Assembly: GCA_965228855.1 (NCBI GenBank)
Contig: CBDDIJ010000003.1
Coordinates: 2,304,001 to 2,368,000 of the forward strand
Direction of reading: 5' to 3'
Source of the DNA: Candidatus Obscuribacterales bacterium
GTDB taxonomy: Bacteria > Cyanobacteriota > Vampirovibrionia > Obscuribacterales > Obscuribacteraceae
Length of the DNA: 64,000 nt
Program-made: the position numbers and the translations under genes
The notes under the pieces: generated by a model
What the model was told of the DNA's origin: nothing
The model's database searches: none
The model's input: only the letters and a program-made list of their open reading frames with translations
Shown here: in pieces, positions 47,281 to 56,787 of the stretch
Position numbering within the stretch: the stretch's first letter is position 1
Layout of the letters: each line of letters opens with the position of its first letter

Positions 47281-49749
47281 TCAAGCTACTGCGGTCAGCT
47301 TCGGACGACGCTCAGCCGAGAAGTGCAGTGCTGCAGACTCCGGCGTAATGTATGTGCTGCCCAGTGAACCTGCAATCATCGCTTCTTTCTGCGTGCTTCC
47401 ATCGAATATGCCAAGTCTATTGCACTCTGCCAGAGCACGACCTTGATCGTTCGTCACGCCTAGCGCCGAAACGGCAATACCTTTTGCAAGACTCAAACAG
47501 ACCATAGCAGGCATGTGCCCTGCAGCTTGTCCCATGGCTGCGTCAGCCATCCCGATGCCGGCCCATGCCAGGTGCCGCATGATACCGAGCGCATTCGGAT
47601 CTCCACTACGTGCAATCGATAACGCCATAGCTCCAATGTTTTGAACCTTCGCACTGGTGGACGCGGCCTGGCTCTCAATCTTCGCGGCCTCCGCACGTGC
47701 TTCAGCTCGAGCTATGCTTCCTGCGACACTGCCCTCACCTGCGCTTCCATCCGAATGCAATACTACGCGACCATCTCCGTTGATGACACTACCATCGGTG
47801 CGCAACATCAAGTCGCTAGATTGAATGCGTATGTCGCCTCCCGGCATGCGTTCCACACCATTGATAACGGTGTGACCATCGCTGAAGTCGTGAGTCAGAG
47901 TGACATTGCCATCCTTATCGGTTCTGGTGACCTTGTCACCTTCAATGACAATTTTCTCGCCATTACTGTCGGTGGACACGGCTTTGTCAGAATTGACCTG
48001 GGAGTCGACAGCGATATGCGCCATTTGTCCGGGCTTGGCAGGATCAGGTGTTTCTGTTTCCGCACGGAATCTTCCATCGTGCATCCTGTGCAACCGATGG
48101 AATCCCTTACCAAATCCGCGGTCAATGTCGATATCGGTGCCATCGGCATTGATTTCAACATGTCCTACACGGAAACCACCCTTGTTCTTTCCTTCGGTAA
48201 TTCGCTTTACTTCAAATGGCGGCTTTTCGCCGGCCGGAATAGCGCTCCACTCGCCGTTACCATGGCGAACCATTATCTGAAGCGTATCTTTGTTTACCTT
48301 ATACTCTGTCGGATTTGCCGGATCGCTTTTTGGGTCGGTAAATATAGCGTCTCCGGAAGCTTTATCAAATCTGATGATTCGATTGCTTTGCTCGTCAGTC
48401 GCACCAATAGAGTCGCCGAGGGTAAAGATACCAGGTCGGCCAAGAACTTCGGTGAGACTGAATTTCGATTTGAGATCGATCAAAGACTCGGCAGAACCAA
48501 TCGCTTTGATGTACTTGGAGCCTATCGCGGCTTCCCAGCTGCCGTCCGGTTTCTTCTCTACAAAACCGCTGTTGTCTTTGTTAAACCAGGTTTCCGTTCC
48601 ATCTTTCAAGCGATGGACGGTAGTTCCATCGACGTTCTGCAAAGAGATGCTGCCATCCGGGTTTTCGATGCGAAGATTTCCAGCCGCGTCTCGCTGCACC
48701 TTCGCTTTAGACTTTTCGTCGATGGTCTCTTTAGCATCCTTCAAACCGTTGGTGAGCATGTCTGACGTTCTGGCGAGCTCTTCTGGAGATCTACCCGTCA
48801 GTCTAGCGATCTCGCCGTCAGCGCCGCCCGCTCCACTGTTGAACGCTCCATCAGCTTTAGCTTCTTCTTTGACTTTTTCCAGAGCGGCAAGACCGTTCTC
48901 ACCCGCCTTTTCCTTGTCCACATTCTTAAGCGCGCGGTTCGTTCTCAAAAGATCTTCGTTCGATGCATCTGCGTTGTAGACGGAATCGTCCAGGACTCTT
49001 TTGGCTTCCCAACCTTTATCGATCCCGGCAGTTTTAAATGCACTATCGAAAGTGTCTCCGAACCACGATGCCGTATCACCAAGCCACGAGGTCGCGCCAT
49101 CCCACGCGCCCTTGCAGACATTCTCAACCGGGTCCGGTGTGATCGCGCTCACGCCCCAGGCGAAAGCGTTTCCAATATCGCCTAGAATGCCCCAGTCGTT
49201 CTTCTTAGTGGGGTCGGTTTCGTTTTTCGCGTCTGCAACAGCTGTCGAGTCGGTCGGAGCCGCTTTGTCCGTCGCTCCTGCAAAAACACCCTTTGCGGCT
49301 GCGTCTTTAGCGACCGCTGAATCACCCTCGACATCGACTTTCGGCAATGATTTCTTGTCGGCTTCTGTGGTCTTATCGCCGAAACCGAGTGCGGCTTTGA
49401 TTTCAGATATCTCGTTATGGTCTTCCCAGAAGCCCCAGAGGCGCTCAGAAAGAGACTCTTCCTTCTTCTCGTCGCCTTCTTTCTTGGCTTCGCCTTCCTT
49501 CTTTTCCTCTGGTTTCTTCTCACCGCTGGCTTCAGTGGCGGTCGAGTCAGTAGAGGCCGGCTTGTCCGCAGGCTTATCGGCAGGCTTATCGGCTGGCTTG
49601 TCTGCGGGTTTGTCGGTCGCAGCACTGGTTGTCGAGTCGGCTTTGAGCTTCTCGGCAGCTCCCTTTGCATCGGCTTCCTGTGCAGCAGCCGACGGGCTCG
49701 AAGCGACTTCGGGCTTTTTGTCGTTAGCTGGTTTGGGAGCGTCAGCCAT
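47281..49749 (-). CDS. Large hypothetical protein with low-complexity N-terminus, beta-hairpin repeats and hydrophobic C-terminus
   Basis: 822-aa ORF; ADKP repeats; NPDGS/KDGT-type hairpins; Ala/Gly-rich hydrophobic C-terminal helices. Confidence 0.75.
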   Translation of the reverse strand: MADAPKPANDKKPEVASSPSAAAQEADAKGAAEKLKADSTTSAATDKPADKPADKPADKPADKPASTDSTATEASGEKKPEEKKEGEAKKEGDEKKEESLSERLWGFWEDHNEISEIKAALGFGDKTTEADKKSLPKVDVEGDSAVAKDAAAKGVFAGATDKAAPTDSTAVADAKNETDPTKKNDWGILGDIGNAFAWGVSAITPDPVENVCKGAWDGATSWLGDTASWFGDTFDSAFKTAGIDKGWEAKRVLDDSVYNADASNEDLLRTNRALKNVDKEKAGENGLAALEKVKEEAKADGAFNSGAGGADGEIARLTGRSPEELARTSDMLTNGLKDAKETIDEKSKAKVQRDAAGNLRIENPDGSISLQNVDGTTVHRLKDGTETWFNKDNSGFVEKKPDGSWEAAIGSKYIKAIGSAESLIDLKSKFSLTEVLGRPGIFTLGDSIGATDEQSNRIIRFDKASGDAIFTDPKSDPANPTEYKVNKDTLQIMVRHGNGEWSAIPAGEKPPFEVKRITEGKNKGGFRVGHVEINADGTDIDIDRGFGKGFHRLHRMHDGRFRAETETPDPAKPGQMAHIAVDSQVNSDKAVSTDSNGEKIVIEGDKVTRTDKDGNVTLTHDFSDGHTVINGVERMPGGDIRIQSSDLMLRTDGSVINGDGRVVLHSDGSAGEGSVAGSIARAEARAEAAKIESQAASTSAKVQNIGAMALSIARSGDPNALGIMRHLAWAGIGMADAAMGQAAGHMPAMVCLSLAKGIAVSALGVTNDQGRALAECNRLGIFDGSTQKEAMIAGSLGSTYITPESAALHFSAERRPKLTAVA
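49558..49617 (-). repeat. 5 x 12-bp tandem repeat encoding (A/T)DKP
   Basis: TDKPADKPADKPADKPADKP within 47281-49749. Confidence 0.85.
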
Positions 49750-50021
49750 CCGTTGGGAACTCCGGATTCGTGAGAGGGAACCTGGGATACGCGCGATGCG
49801 TGTTTAGGTTTTCGGACTGATAGTAAGTAGTGATATTGTCAAGGAGCTTGCTCCTAAAGTCAATCGGCGTTTGCGGGAATTACGTAGTCCGAAAACGATG
49901 ATTTAATATTAAATGCCCGAAAAAGCAATGAATTAAACCGAATATCAGCTGTTGACAGCGTTTTCCCTATAGCTTCGGTATAACATGACGCTAAAATTGA
50001 TTTCGACCAGTCTCTCCGAAC

Positions 50022-50942
50022 ATGATGACCAAACACCTTACTAATTCGACAAAAGCAAAAACAAGTTTCACCATCCTTTCTATGTGTGTTGCGATGCTGC
50101 TATCCGGCTGTGATGTCGTGAAGCAGCTCGTAGGCTCGGGAGCTAACGCACCGACAAATCCGGGCGCGCAAGCTCCACAGCAGCAACCGGCGACGCATGG
50201 TCCCATGGACGGTTATTGGAAGCTAGCCTTTCAATTCAACGAAGACGTGAAAAGCAGTCATATTCGCCTTTCCCAGATTGGAGACAAGTTTTCAGGTCAG
50301 GGAACCGATGATGAGACCGGCAAACCATTTCTCGTCGAGAACGGCGTGGTCCGTCAGGATGAAGTCGTTTTCTACAAACGTTATGAGCAGCCTGATAATC
50401 CCAATCAGCCTCCAGTCGAGTACGGCGGGAAGGTCGATTTCAAATCAGGCTACATGAGTGGCAAATACCTGATTACTTTTCAAGGGAAAGAGATCGCAGG
50501 CGATTGGGAGGCTCAACGCGAGGGCGCCGAGGGACAGAGCGCCGCAACCAATCCGCCGCCACAGGAGCAGAAAGCCCCGCCACCGGCAAACCAGCCGAAC
50601 AAGGCGCCTGACCTTTCGGGGAAATGGACTATGGGCTTCGAGTACCAGTTTAAAACCATGCATTCGACTATGTTTATCGAACAGCTCGGAGACAAGATCA
50701 CAGGGCACGGTGAAGATGAAAACACTAAAGAGAAATTCGTAATCGAGAAGGGCTGGTATAAGTACCCGAAAGTCACACTGATTCGAAAATACGCTGCGAT
50801 TAAGGGGAAAAATCCGAAGCCTGAGCGGCACATGACTTTCAAGGCCGATGTCTCCTGGGTCACTGATTCCGACTATCAGGGACCATACATGGCAGGTAAG
50901 ACCGACGGCGGCGGTAACTGGGAAGCTCAACTGGTTCGGTAA
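50022..50942 (+). CDS. Putative lipoprotein with two repeated beta-barrel-like domains
   Basis: Lipobox LSGC; internal duplication G.W..F...Q.GDK..G.G.D..T...F..E.G ... YM.GK...G.WEAQ. Confidence 0.75.
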   Translation: MMTKHLTNSTKAKTSFTILSMCVAMLLSGCDVVKQLVGSGANAPTNPGAQAPQQQPATHGPMDGYWKLAFQFNEDVKSSHIRLSQIGDKFSGQGTDDETGKPFLVENGVVRQDEVVFYKRYEQPDNPNQPPVEYGGKVDFKSGYMSGKYLITFQGKEIAGDWEAQREGAEGQSAATNPPPQEQKAPPPANQPNKAPDLSGKWTMGFEYQFKTMHSTMFIEQLGDKITGHGEDENTKEKFVIEKGWYKYPKVTLIRKYAAIKGKNPKPERHMTFKADVSWVTDSDYQGPYMAGKTDGGGNWEAQLVR

Positions 50943-51224
50943 TCAAACTGGTCATCTGGCGAAGAATGTGCGATGCTTAGAGTAGTGCGTTCGAAATCGA
51001 ACAGGCATTTTCTGTGCAGCAAAGTGGAGTGGCGCTCAAAGCGAAGACGATTACGCAATTCATTTGCCACTGGCTCTGAAAGACTGCTAGACAGGTCCAG
51101 CACGAATTTTCTTTGTACTTTTGGAAGCAACGGGCTCGCTCGATAGATGGGCGTCTGTAATCCATCCATCAACGCTGCTAGAACTCAGGAACATCTCCTG
51201 AAAATTCGACAACAAGAAGGACTT

Positions 51225-51872
51225 ATGAATCAACAATTGATTTTAGGAAATGAGCAATCAGTTTCAGTGACACCATGCGTAGTACTATGCAAATTGCAAA
51301 CGGATTTGGCTTCAATAGCAAAATCAAAAGAACTACCTTTTAAGGAGCTCTACGAACTGACTCCTGAGCTGTTTGTTGAGATAGAAATTCAAAAAAATCA
51401 AGCAAACAATTTCGAAGCTCGAATTCGCTCCGCTAACGGCACGGTCCAGGCAGAGGATCCAAACTTTAAAAAGCTACTGGAAGTCGTGCATGCAAAGACG
51501 ACGAGAGCACTCTCCTTTTGCCTGAGCCGACTGGAAGCAGCACCTTGCAATATGATGCCGCATTTTGCGGTTGATGAAATTCTGGCACTGTTTAACTGCA
51601 TCAGTTCATTCAAGAACGACACGACGATGCCGCATTCGTTTTTACAAAAGGGCCCGCGTGGTTCCTACGAGCTGTTCTCGATAAGGGAAACGAACGGGAG
51701 ATGCGAGGTGACCTTCGAAACCAATTACATTCATGGCAATACCATGAAATGGCGTGCTGAGGTCGAATCGTTGAACCAGGCTCTGGATAGAGCGGACAAA
51801 GTGCTGTCCGACAATCTCGCAGAGTGGCTCAAGCAGGGCGTTTCAGCAAAGTTTACGGCCTCAAAAAAGTAG
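51225..51872 (+). CDS. Hypothetical protein
   Basis: ATG 51225 with GAAGGA RBS (ORF track starts at 51147); no recognised motif. Confidence 0.6.
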   Translation: MNQQLILGNEQSVSVTPCVVLCKLQTDLASIAKSKELPFKELYELTPELFVEIEIQKNQANNFEARIRSANGTVQAEDPNFKKLLEVVHAKTTRALSFCLSRLEAAPCNMMPHFAVDEILALFNCISSFKNDTTMPHSFLQKGPRGSYELFSIRETNGRCEVTFETNYIHGNTMKWRAEVESLNQALDRADKVLSDNLAEWLKQGVSAKFTASKK

Positions 51873-52103
51873 TTGCCAGCCGAGAATAATCTATAACCCT
51901 GGTCTGCCAGAGCGAATACACAATCGCGAAGCGAGACAGGGAGGTTTCGTGCTACTATGAAACCAGAAAGTATGTGGAAGTGAGCTGTTCCAGCAAGGAC
52001 CTGAACGACGCCGCTATTTGCACTCGATCCAGTCTAACGGAAGATCAGAGGTGTTTATGGGCGCGTATTTACAACAGTTTCCGCATCAGCCCCGGCTGCA
52101 GCC

Positions 52104-52352
52104 ATGACTGAGCAGCACGACGCCGCAGCAGCCTCAAGACTTCTTCGGAGAATTCTTACTACTGACGCTCTGGAAACAAGATACAAGAGGCTTTTGCTGC
52201 TGCAGCAGGACAGTCCTGAGCCCTATTCTCGCGGCACGGTTGCCATCCTGAATCGCTTGATCAGGAATCTGAAAGCGCAGGGGAAATTCGCCGAGGCTGA
52301 TGAATTCAGCTTGCAGCGAATGAATGTCATTTACTTTCTAACAGGAAATTGA
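52104..52352 (+). CDS. Small hypothetical protein (single TPR-like helix pair)
   Basis: ILNRLIRNLKAQGKFAEA resembles a TPR helix. Confidence 0.45.
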   Translation: MTEQHDAAAASRLLRRILTTDALETRYKRLLLLQQDSPEPYSRGTVAILNRLIRNLKAQGKFAEADEFSLQRMNVIYFLTGN

Positions 52353-52354
52353 AA

Positions 52355-52465
52355 ATGGAACCGATGTTGTTAATTTTACTGGCGGCCTTGATTGCCGGAT
52401 TGTTAGTTCTGTGTGCCTCAGTTGGCGTAGCAACTGCTATCTACTTTGGCACACAGGAGAGCTAA
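52355..52465 (+). CDS. 36-aa single-TM small protein (below the ORF-track cutoff)
   Basis: MEPMLLILLAALIAGLLVLCASVGVATAIYFGTQES; AGGA RBS 8 nt upstream; fills the gap between neighbours. Confidence 0.55.
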   Translation: MEPMLLILLAALIAGLLVLCASVGVATAIYFGTQES

Positions 52466-52467
52466 CG

Positions 52468-53283
52468 TTGGTTGCCAATTTCAGCCTGTCCAGACTGCCT
52501 TCCAGCAGGCGAACAGTCGTCGATCTGCTGCGAATCGTCGGGAGTAATGCCGTCCCCGCATATATCGTTATAGATCTGGACATGAGCTGGGTCAATTCTC
52601 TTATCGACGGAATGCGCAACAGAGGCGAGCGATTGACGGTCACTTCCATTCTATTGAAAGCAATCGGTATGGCACAGCAGAACCATCCGTTAAGTCGAAC
52701 GGAATTAACTCCAGTCGGAAAAACGGTCACTTACCATGATATCGTAGGCGGTATCACCATAGAGCGCGATGTAGAAGGGCAGAAGACTGTTTTCTTCGGC
52801 GAGATTGAATCGCCGGATACAAAGTCAATCTATGAGATCGCCGACGAACTCCGCGAATACTCGAAAGTGGCAATTAAGAAATCCGCGGTCCTCAGACTGC
52901 AATCTATCTTTGCGGCGTTTCCGTATTTTCTCAGATTCTCAATTTTGAAACTTGGAATAGCGTTTCCTTTCTTGAGATTACAGTGCCAGAAAGCAACATT
53001 CGGGTTAACCTCATTGGGCAAATTCGGAATGAATACAGTTCTAAGTCCTTGTATCTGCACCTCGACCTTTGCCGTTGGGACCATCGAAGACCGGGTTACC
53101 GCGAAGGATAACATCCTTTCTATTCGTTCGATGATGACGGTTTCGTTCAGCTTCGACCATCGTGTAATAGATCCAAGCTCGGCAGCCCGATTCGTCAACG
53201 ATGTTCGCCAACTCATGGAAGGAGGGCTACAGCCCGTTCTTGTTGAAGACAACTCTTCGAGAGCAGAGGTCATTGCGTGCTGA
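52468..53283 (+). CDS. Stand-alone 2-oxoacid dehydrogenase E2-type (CAT-like) acyltransferase catalytic domain
   Basis: TFGLTSLG, FAVGTI, FSFDHRVID; no lipoyl domain; TTG start after CAGGAG (ORF track starts at 52411). Confidence 0.8.
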   Translation: MVANFSLSRLPSSRRTVVDLLRIVGSNAVPAYIVIDLDMSWVNSLIDGMRNRGERLTVTSILLKAIGMAQQNHPLSRTELTPVGKTVTYHDIVGGITIERDVEGQKTVFFGEIESPDTKSIYEIADELREYSKVAIKKSAVLRLQSIFAAFPYFLRFSILKLGIAFPFLRLQCQKATFGLTSLGKFGMNTVLSPCICTSTFAVGTIEDRVTAKDNILSIRSMMTVSFSFDHRVIDPSSAARFVNDVRQLMEGGLQPVLVEDNSSRAEVIAC

Positions 53284-53597
53284 ATTGTTAACTTACGCGG
53301 AGCAATCCGGACAATTCACCACGAATGGTGTCATACTTACAGTTGAAATAAGTCGGGCAAAATGCTCATCCTTCGAGTCTCGACAGCGTCTAAGCTCGAA
53401 GATCAGTGCAATAAGCACTTTCAGAAAACAGAATTCAATTCGCTCCAACGTTCTTTGTCGCTTCTCGACCAACAAAACTGCAAGCGACGCACTCGAAGTT
53501 TCAGTGCATAAATTCGGTACATCTGTAATCTAAATCCAGCTTTTTCAAAAGTCGCTGCATGCAGCGGCTTGCGTACTTCATTAATCAAGGCAAAAAC

Positions 53598-53879
53598 ATG
53601 CAAAACAGTAAATTATTCGTCAGAAATCTTTCATTCCGCACCACAGATGGTGATTTGGCGCAACTATTCGCCCAGCACGGAGAGGTTATATCCTCCAGAA
53701 TCGCCACCGACCGTGACACTGGTCGTCCGAGAGGTTTCGCATTCATCGAGATGAAGACATCAGAATCGGCAGAAGAAGCGATTCGCGCTCTGGACAATAC
53801 CGAATTCGAAGGAAGAACATTGTCAGTCGCGATCTCTGAGCCAAGAGAGCGCAGACCGCTCAAGGCTTACGGTCACTAA
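53598..53879 (+). CDS. RRM (RNP-1) RNA-binding protein, cyanobacterial Rbp type
   Basis: KLFVRNL, DRDTGRPRGFAFIEM, GRTLSV; probable start ATG 53598. Confidence 0.9.
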   Translation: MQNSKLFVRNLSFRTTDGDLAQLFAQHGEVISSRIATDRDTGRPRGFAFIEMKTSESAEEAIRALDNTEFEGRTLSVAISEPRERRPLKAYGH

Positions 53880-53901
53880 AAACTCGTATAAATTAATTCA
53901 G

Positions 53902-53933
53902 GCGCCGTCTTCCGAGTAATCAGAGGGCGGCGC
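53902..53933 (+). terminator. GC-rich hairpin after the RRM gene (possible terminator or stabiliser)
   Basis: GCGCCGTCTTC-loop-GAGGGCGGCGC; weak U tail. Confidence 0.45.
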
Positions 53934-54031
53934 ACCTCTTAGAAACCTTTTAGGATACAGATCTCAAGAGCGTCACAAATCCAAGCCTTCTATCTGGTAA
54001 TCTAGCCGAGCACCTTGACTACCAGGATCCC

Positions 54032-55435
54032 ATGAAAAAACAAAACGCAACGCGAACCGCTGCCTTCCTTGCACTATATATGGTGTCATCAACCTTTTCG
54101 CCGGTTGTCGCGGCCGAGAGTTATGCACGTTCAAGCAAAGCATTGCGATCAAGCGGTTTCTCTATAGCTATTAACGAAACCCTTCCTGACAGTTCGGTTT
54201 CCGCACAAGAAACGTTTCCGGACGAGTCTCAAAAGCTGGTCAAAGAACAAGATGCAACATCGCTCCGCAGCGACGATAATCAGGCGACGGCTTGTGAGAC
54301 TGATGTTCTAGACACCGAACTTCAACAAGACGGAGAGCAAACTGCAACGGCAGAAAAGAAAGGTTTCTTCAGCTCCTGGTCGTTGCCGATTTCAGGGCCG
54401 CTGGTATTCAGCTTGAAACGGCAACAGGTCGCCCAAAAGAGCAAAGAGTTATCCGGTTCGATTACATTCGAAGATCCATACGAGTCAGCTTCGCAGCAAA
54501 TAGAAGGTCTTCTGGAATGCGCACTGGCTCGCGACTCCCGTTCAGAGTCATTAGAAAAGGCTGTCACTCATTACAGAAAGAAAACCCAAATCGTGATCGC
54601 CGAATCGAAAGACGCGATCAACCATGTTGTTCCATTCCGAGGATTCGGCCCCTCGGCTGAGGCCGGAAACATAATCACAGGCGAAAAGCTGGAAATCAAA
54701 AGCCGCGCAGCGGCTGAATATGCAAGACAAAAGCATGTAGACGAGCTGCACGTCAAAGTGGTTTCAAGCATGATGCAAATTTCGATGGGTCTGGGCATGA
54801 CCGATCACGAGCGCGGTCAGACAGTCACAGCATCTGGTGTCGAGGCATTGACGCAACTGGTAGGCCAGGAAGAAGCAGAAAAAGCCAAAGCGCAGATAGT
54901 GAGCATGGCGAGCAAGCTCTCCGCTGACAATGAGGTGTTTAAGAAACCCACGTGGGACGTGCAAGAGCGGCAAAAACTTCATCGCCAGATTATGGAACTG
55001 TCACTGGATGATGATCCGGTCGTACACCAGATCAAAAAGCACATCCATAAATACAACCAGAAGTCCAAGTTTGCGATGGTATCATCGTCGGTGGTGCAAA
55101 CTATGCTTGGCGCAGCGTCCATGACACCGACGTTTGTAGGTCCGGCTGCGAAAACCGCACTGGTCGCGTTTGTGATGGCGACCGGAGGTCCGGAGCAATG
55201 CAAACTGCTCAAGGAATTGTACCTGGATAAACGACTGGAGAGCCGTTGGAAAGTCCTCAACGAAGAGGCGCATATGGCGGTCGAGAACTATCAGCTCGCA
55301 GTGTTAACAAAGAATCCGACACTACTCTGTTATTCGGAATCAATCGTTGGTCAAATGGTTGGCGGACACCACGTCAACGAAGTGTTTGGAACTACCCTGC
55401 TGGCGAAGAAGACAGAGTCGCCGAAGACAATGTGA
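54032..55435 (+). CDS. Hypothetical exported helical protein
   Basis: Signal peptide, AGGA RBS, 467 aa, no recognised motif. Confidence 0.7.
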   Translation: MKKQNATRTAAFLALYMVSSTFSPVVAAESYARSSKALRSSGFSIAINETLPDSSVSAQETFPDESQKLVKEQDATSLRSDDNQATACETDVLDTELQQDGEQTATAEKKGFFSSWSLPISGPLVFSLKRQQVAQKSKELSGSITFEDPYESASQQIEGLLECALARDSRSESLEKAVTHYRKKTQIVIAESKDAINHVVPFRGFGPSAEAGNIITGEKLEIKSRAAAEYARQKHVDELHVKVVSSMMQISMGLGMTDHERGQTVTASGVEALTQLVGQEEAEKAKAQIVSMASKLSADNEVFKKPTWDVQERQKLHRQIMELSLDDDPVVHQIKKHIHKYNQKSKFAMVSSSVVQTMLGAASMTPTFVGPAAKTALVAFVMATGGPEQCKLLKELYLDKRLESRWKVLNEEAHMAVENYQLAVLTKNPTLLCYSESIVGQMVGGHHVNEVFGTTLLAKKTESPKTM

Positions 55436-55455
55436 TCGTTTCACACCTGAGACTC

Positions 55456-56721
55456 TCAGGAAATCACGCCAAGCTTCTTGCCGACTTTCTGGAAGGCTCC
55501 TAACGCTCGGTCGATATCCTTCTTCTCAAGCGCGGCTGAAATTTGGCAACGCAGCCTGGCTTCACCCTGCGGAACAACCGGATACCAGAGACCGCGCACA
55601 TAGACACCTTCTTTGAGCAACTCACTGCTCATATCCATAGCCACGGATGCTTCGCCGACCATTACGGGCACGATTGGATGTATTCCCTCGAGAATCGTGA
55701 AACCAAGTTTTTGAATTTCGGTTCTGAAGTACTCAGTATTGCTTTGCAGTTTCTGAACCAACTCGTTGCTTTCCTCGAGCAACTTAAGCGCTTCAATAGA
55801 TGCGCACACAATGGGAGCCGGGACAGTGTTCGAGAATGTGTATGGTCTCGACTTCTGTCTCAAGAAATCAACTACTTCCTTCTTACCGGCGATGAAGCCA
55901 CCAGCCGCGCCACCAAGCGCCTTGCCCAGAGTTCCGGTCACAATGTCCATCTTGCCATGCAGTCCGCACTGCTCCGGCGTGCCACGCCCGGTTTTACCCA
56001 GGACGCCGGTGGAGTGAGAATCGTCAACCACTGACAGAGCACCGTACTCCTTGCAAATTGCGTGAAAACGGTTCAAATCACAGTATTCGCCTTCCATGCT
56101 GAAGACACCATCAGTGACACCAACGCTAAGGCGATAGTGTTTCGCTTGATTCTCCTTGATCGCGGTTTCGAATTCATCGAGGTTGTTGTGCTTGTATGCT
56201 TTCAAATCGCAAGTCTTCGTCGCCTGGCGCACTAACCTGATGCCGTCGATAATGCTCGCGTGATTGAGTTGATCGCTGTAAATGATGTCGCGATAGTCTG
56301 ACTGACCCAGGTCTGATGACATCAGTCCCGTGAACAGGGCTTCGTTGGCGGCAAAACAGGAAGAGTGCAAAATTGCCGCTTCCATGCCGAGAAACTCAGC
56401 GATTTTTTCTTCGAGCTCGAGGTGAATCTTCTGCGTGCCACAAATGAAGCGGACAGATGCCATCCCGTAACCATGCTCTTCTAAGCCACGCATTGCCGCA
56501 GCTTTAATTCGCGGATGATTAGCAAGACCGAGATAATTGTTTGAAGCAAGCATCACGCAGTCGCGACCGTCAGCGGTCACAACGCCGCCCTGCTCACCGT
56601 CAATCGGCACTTCGTATTTGTAGGTTTTTGTCTCTTTCGCCTTCTGCAATTCATTGCCGAGTGCACTGTAAAGGTCAGCCGGTTTCAACGATTTACTTTT
56701 GCTGTCGGTGGAAGCGCTCAT
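55456..56721 (-). CDS. kbl: Glycine C-acetyltransferase (2-amino-3-ketobutyrate CoA ligase)
   Basis: [47 protein letters not shown]; downstream of tdh. Confidence 0.93.
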   Translation of the reverse strand: MSASTDSKSKSLKPADLYSALGNELQKAKETKTYKYEVPIDGEQGGVVTADGRDCVMLASNNYLGLANHPRIKAAAMRGLEEHGYGMASVRFICGTQKIHLELEEKIAEFLGMEAAILHSSCFAANEALFTGLMSSDLGQSDYRDIIYSDQLNHASIIDGIRLVRQATKTCDLKAYKHNNLDEFETAIKENQAKHYRLSVGVTDGVFSMEGEYCDLNRFHAICKEYGALSVVDDSHSTGVLGKTGRGTPEQCGLHGKMDIVTGTLGKALGGAAGGFIAGKKEVVDFLRQKSRPYTFSNTVPAPIVCASIEALKLLEESNELVQKLQSNTEYFRTEIQKLGFTILEGIHPIVPVMVGEASVAMDMSSELLKEGVYVRGLWYPVVPQGEARLRCQISAALEKKDIDRALGAFQKVGKKLGVIS

Positions 56722-56787
56722 TAGATTGGTCTCTCCTCAACTTGTAAAACTGAAGGTTCTATTGCAAAAAATGTTGTAAACCAGCAC

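Noticed and set aside
47641..49807. Long plus-strand ORFs (374, 229 and 268 aa)
   Set aside because: Antisense shadows of the 822-aa minus-strand gene, with no recognisable protein features.
49952..49984. TTGACA...TATAAC as a sigma70 promoter (similar case at 31776-31810)
   Set aside because: Spacers of 21 and 23 bp are outside the 16-18 bp norm, so these are not supportable as single promoters.
52468..53283. Pyruvate or 2-oxoglutarate dehydrogenase E2 (aceF/sucB)
   Set aside because: No lipoyl or subunit-binding domain and no E1/E3 neighbours, so no gene symbol was assigned.
55456..56721. AOS-family enzyme as a serine palmitoyltransferase linked to the lipid cluster
   Set aside because: The SVRFICGT and RPYTFSN motifs and adjacency to tdh identify Kbl; it lies about 37 kb from the cluster.
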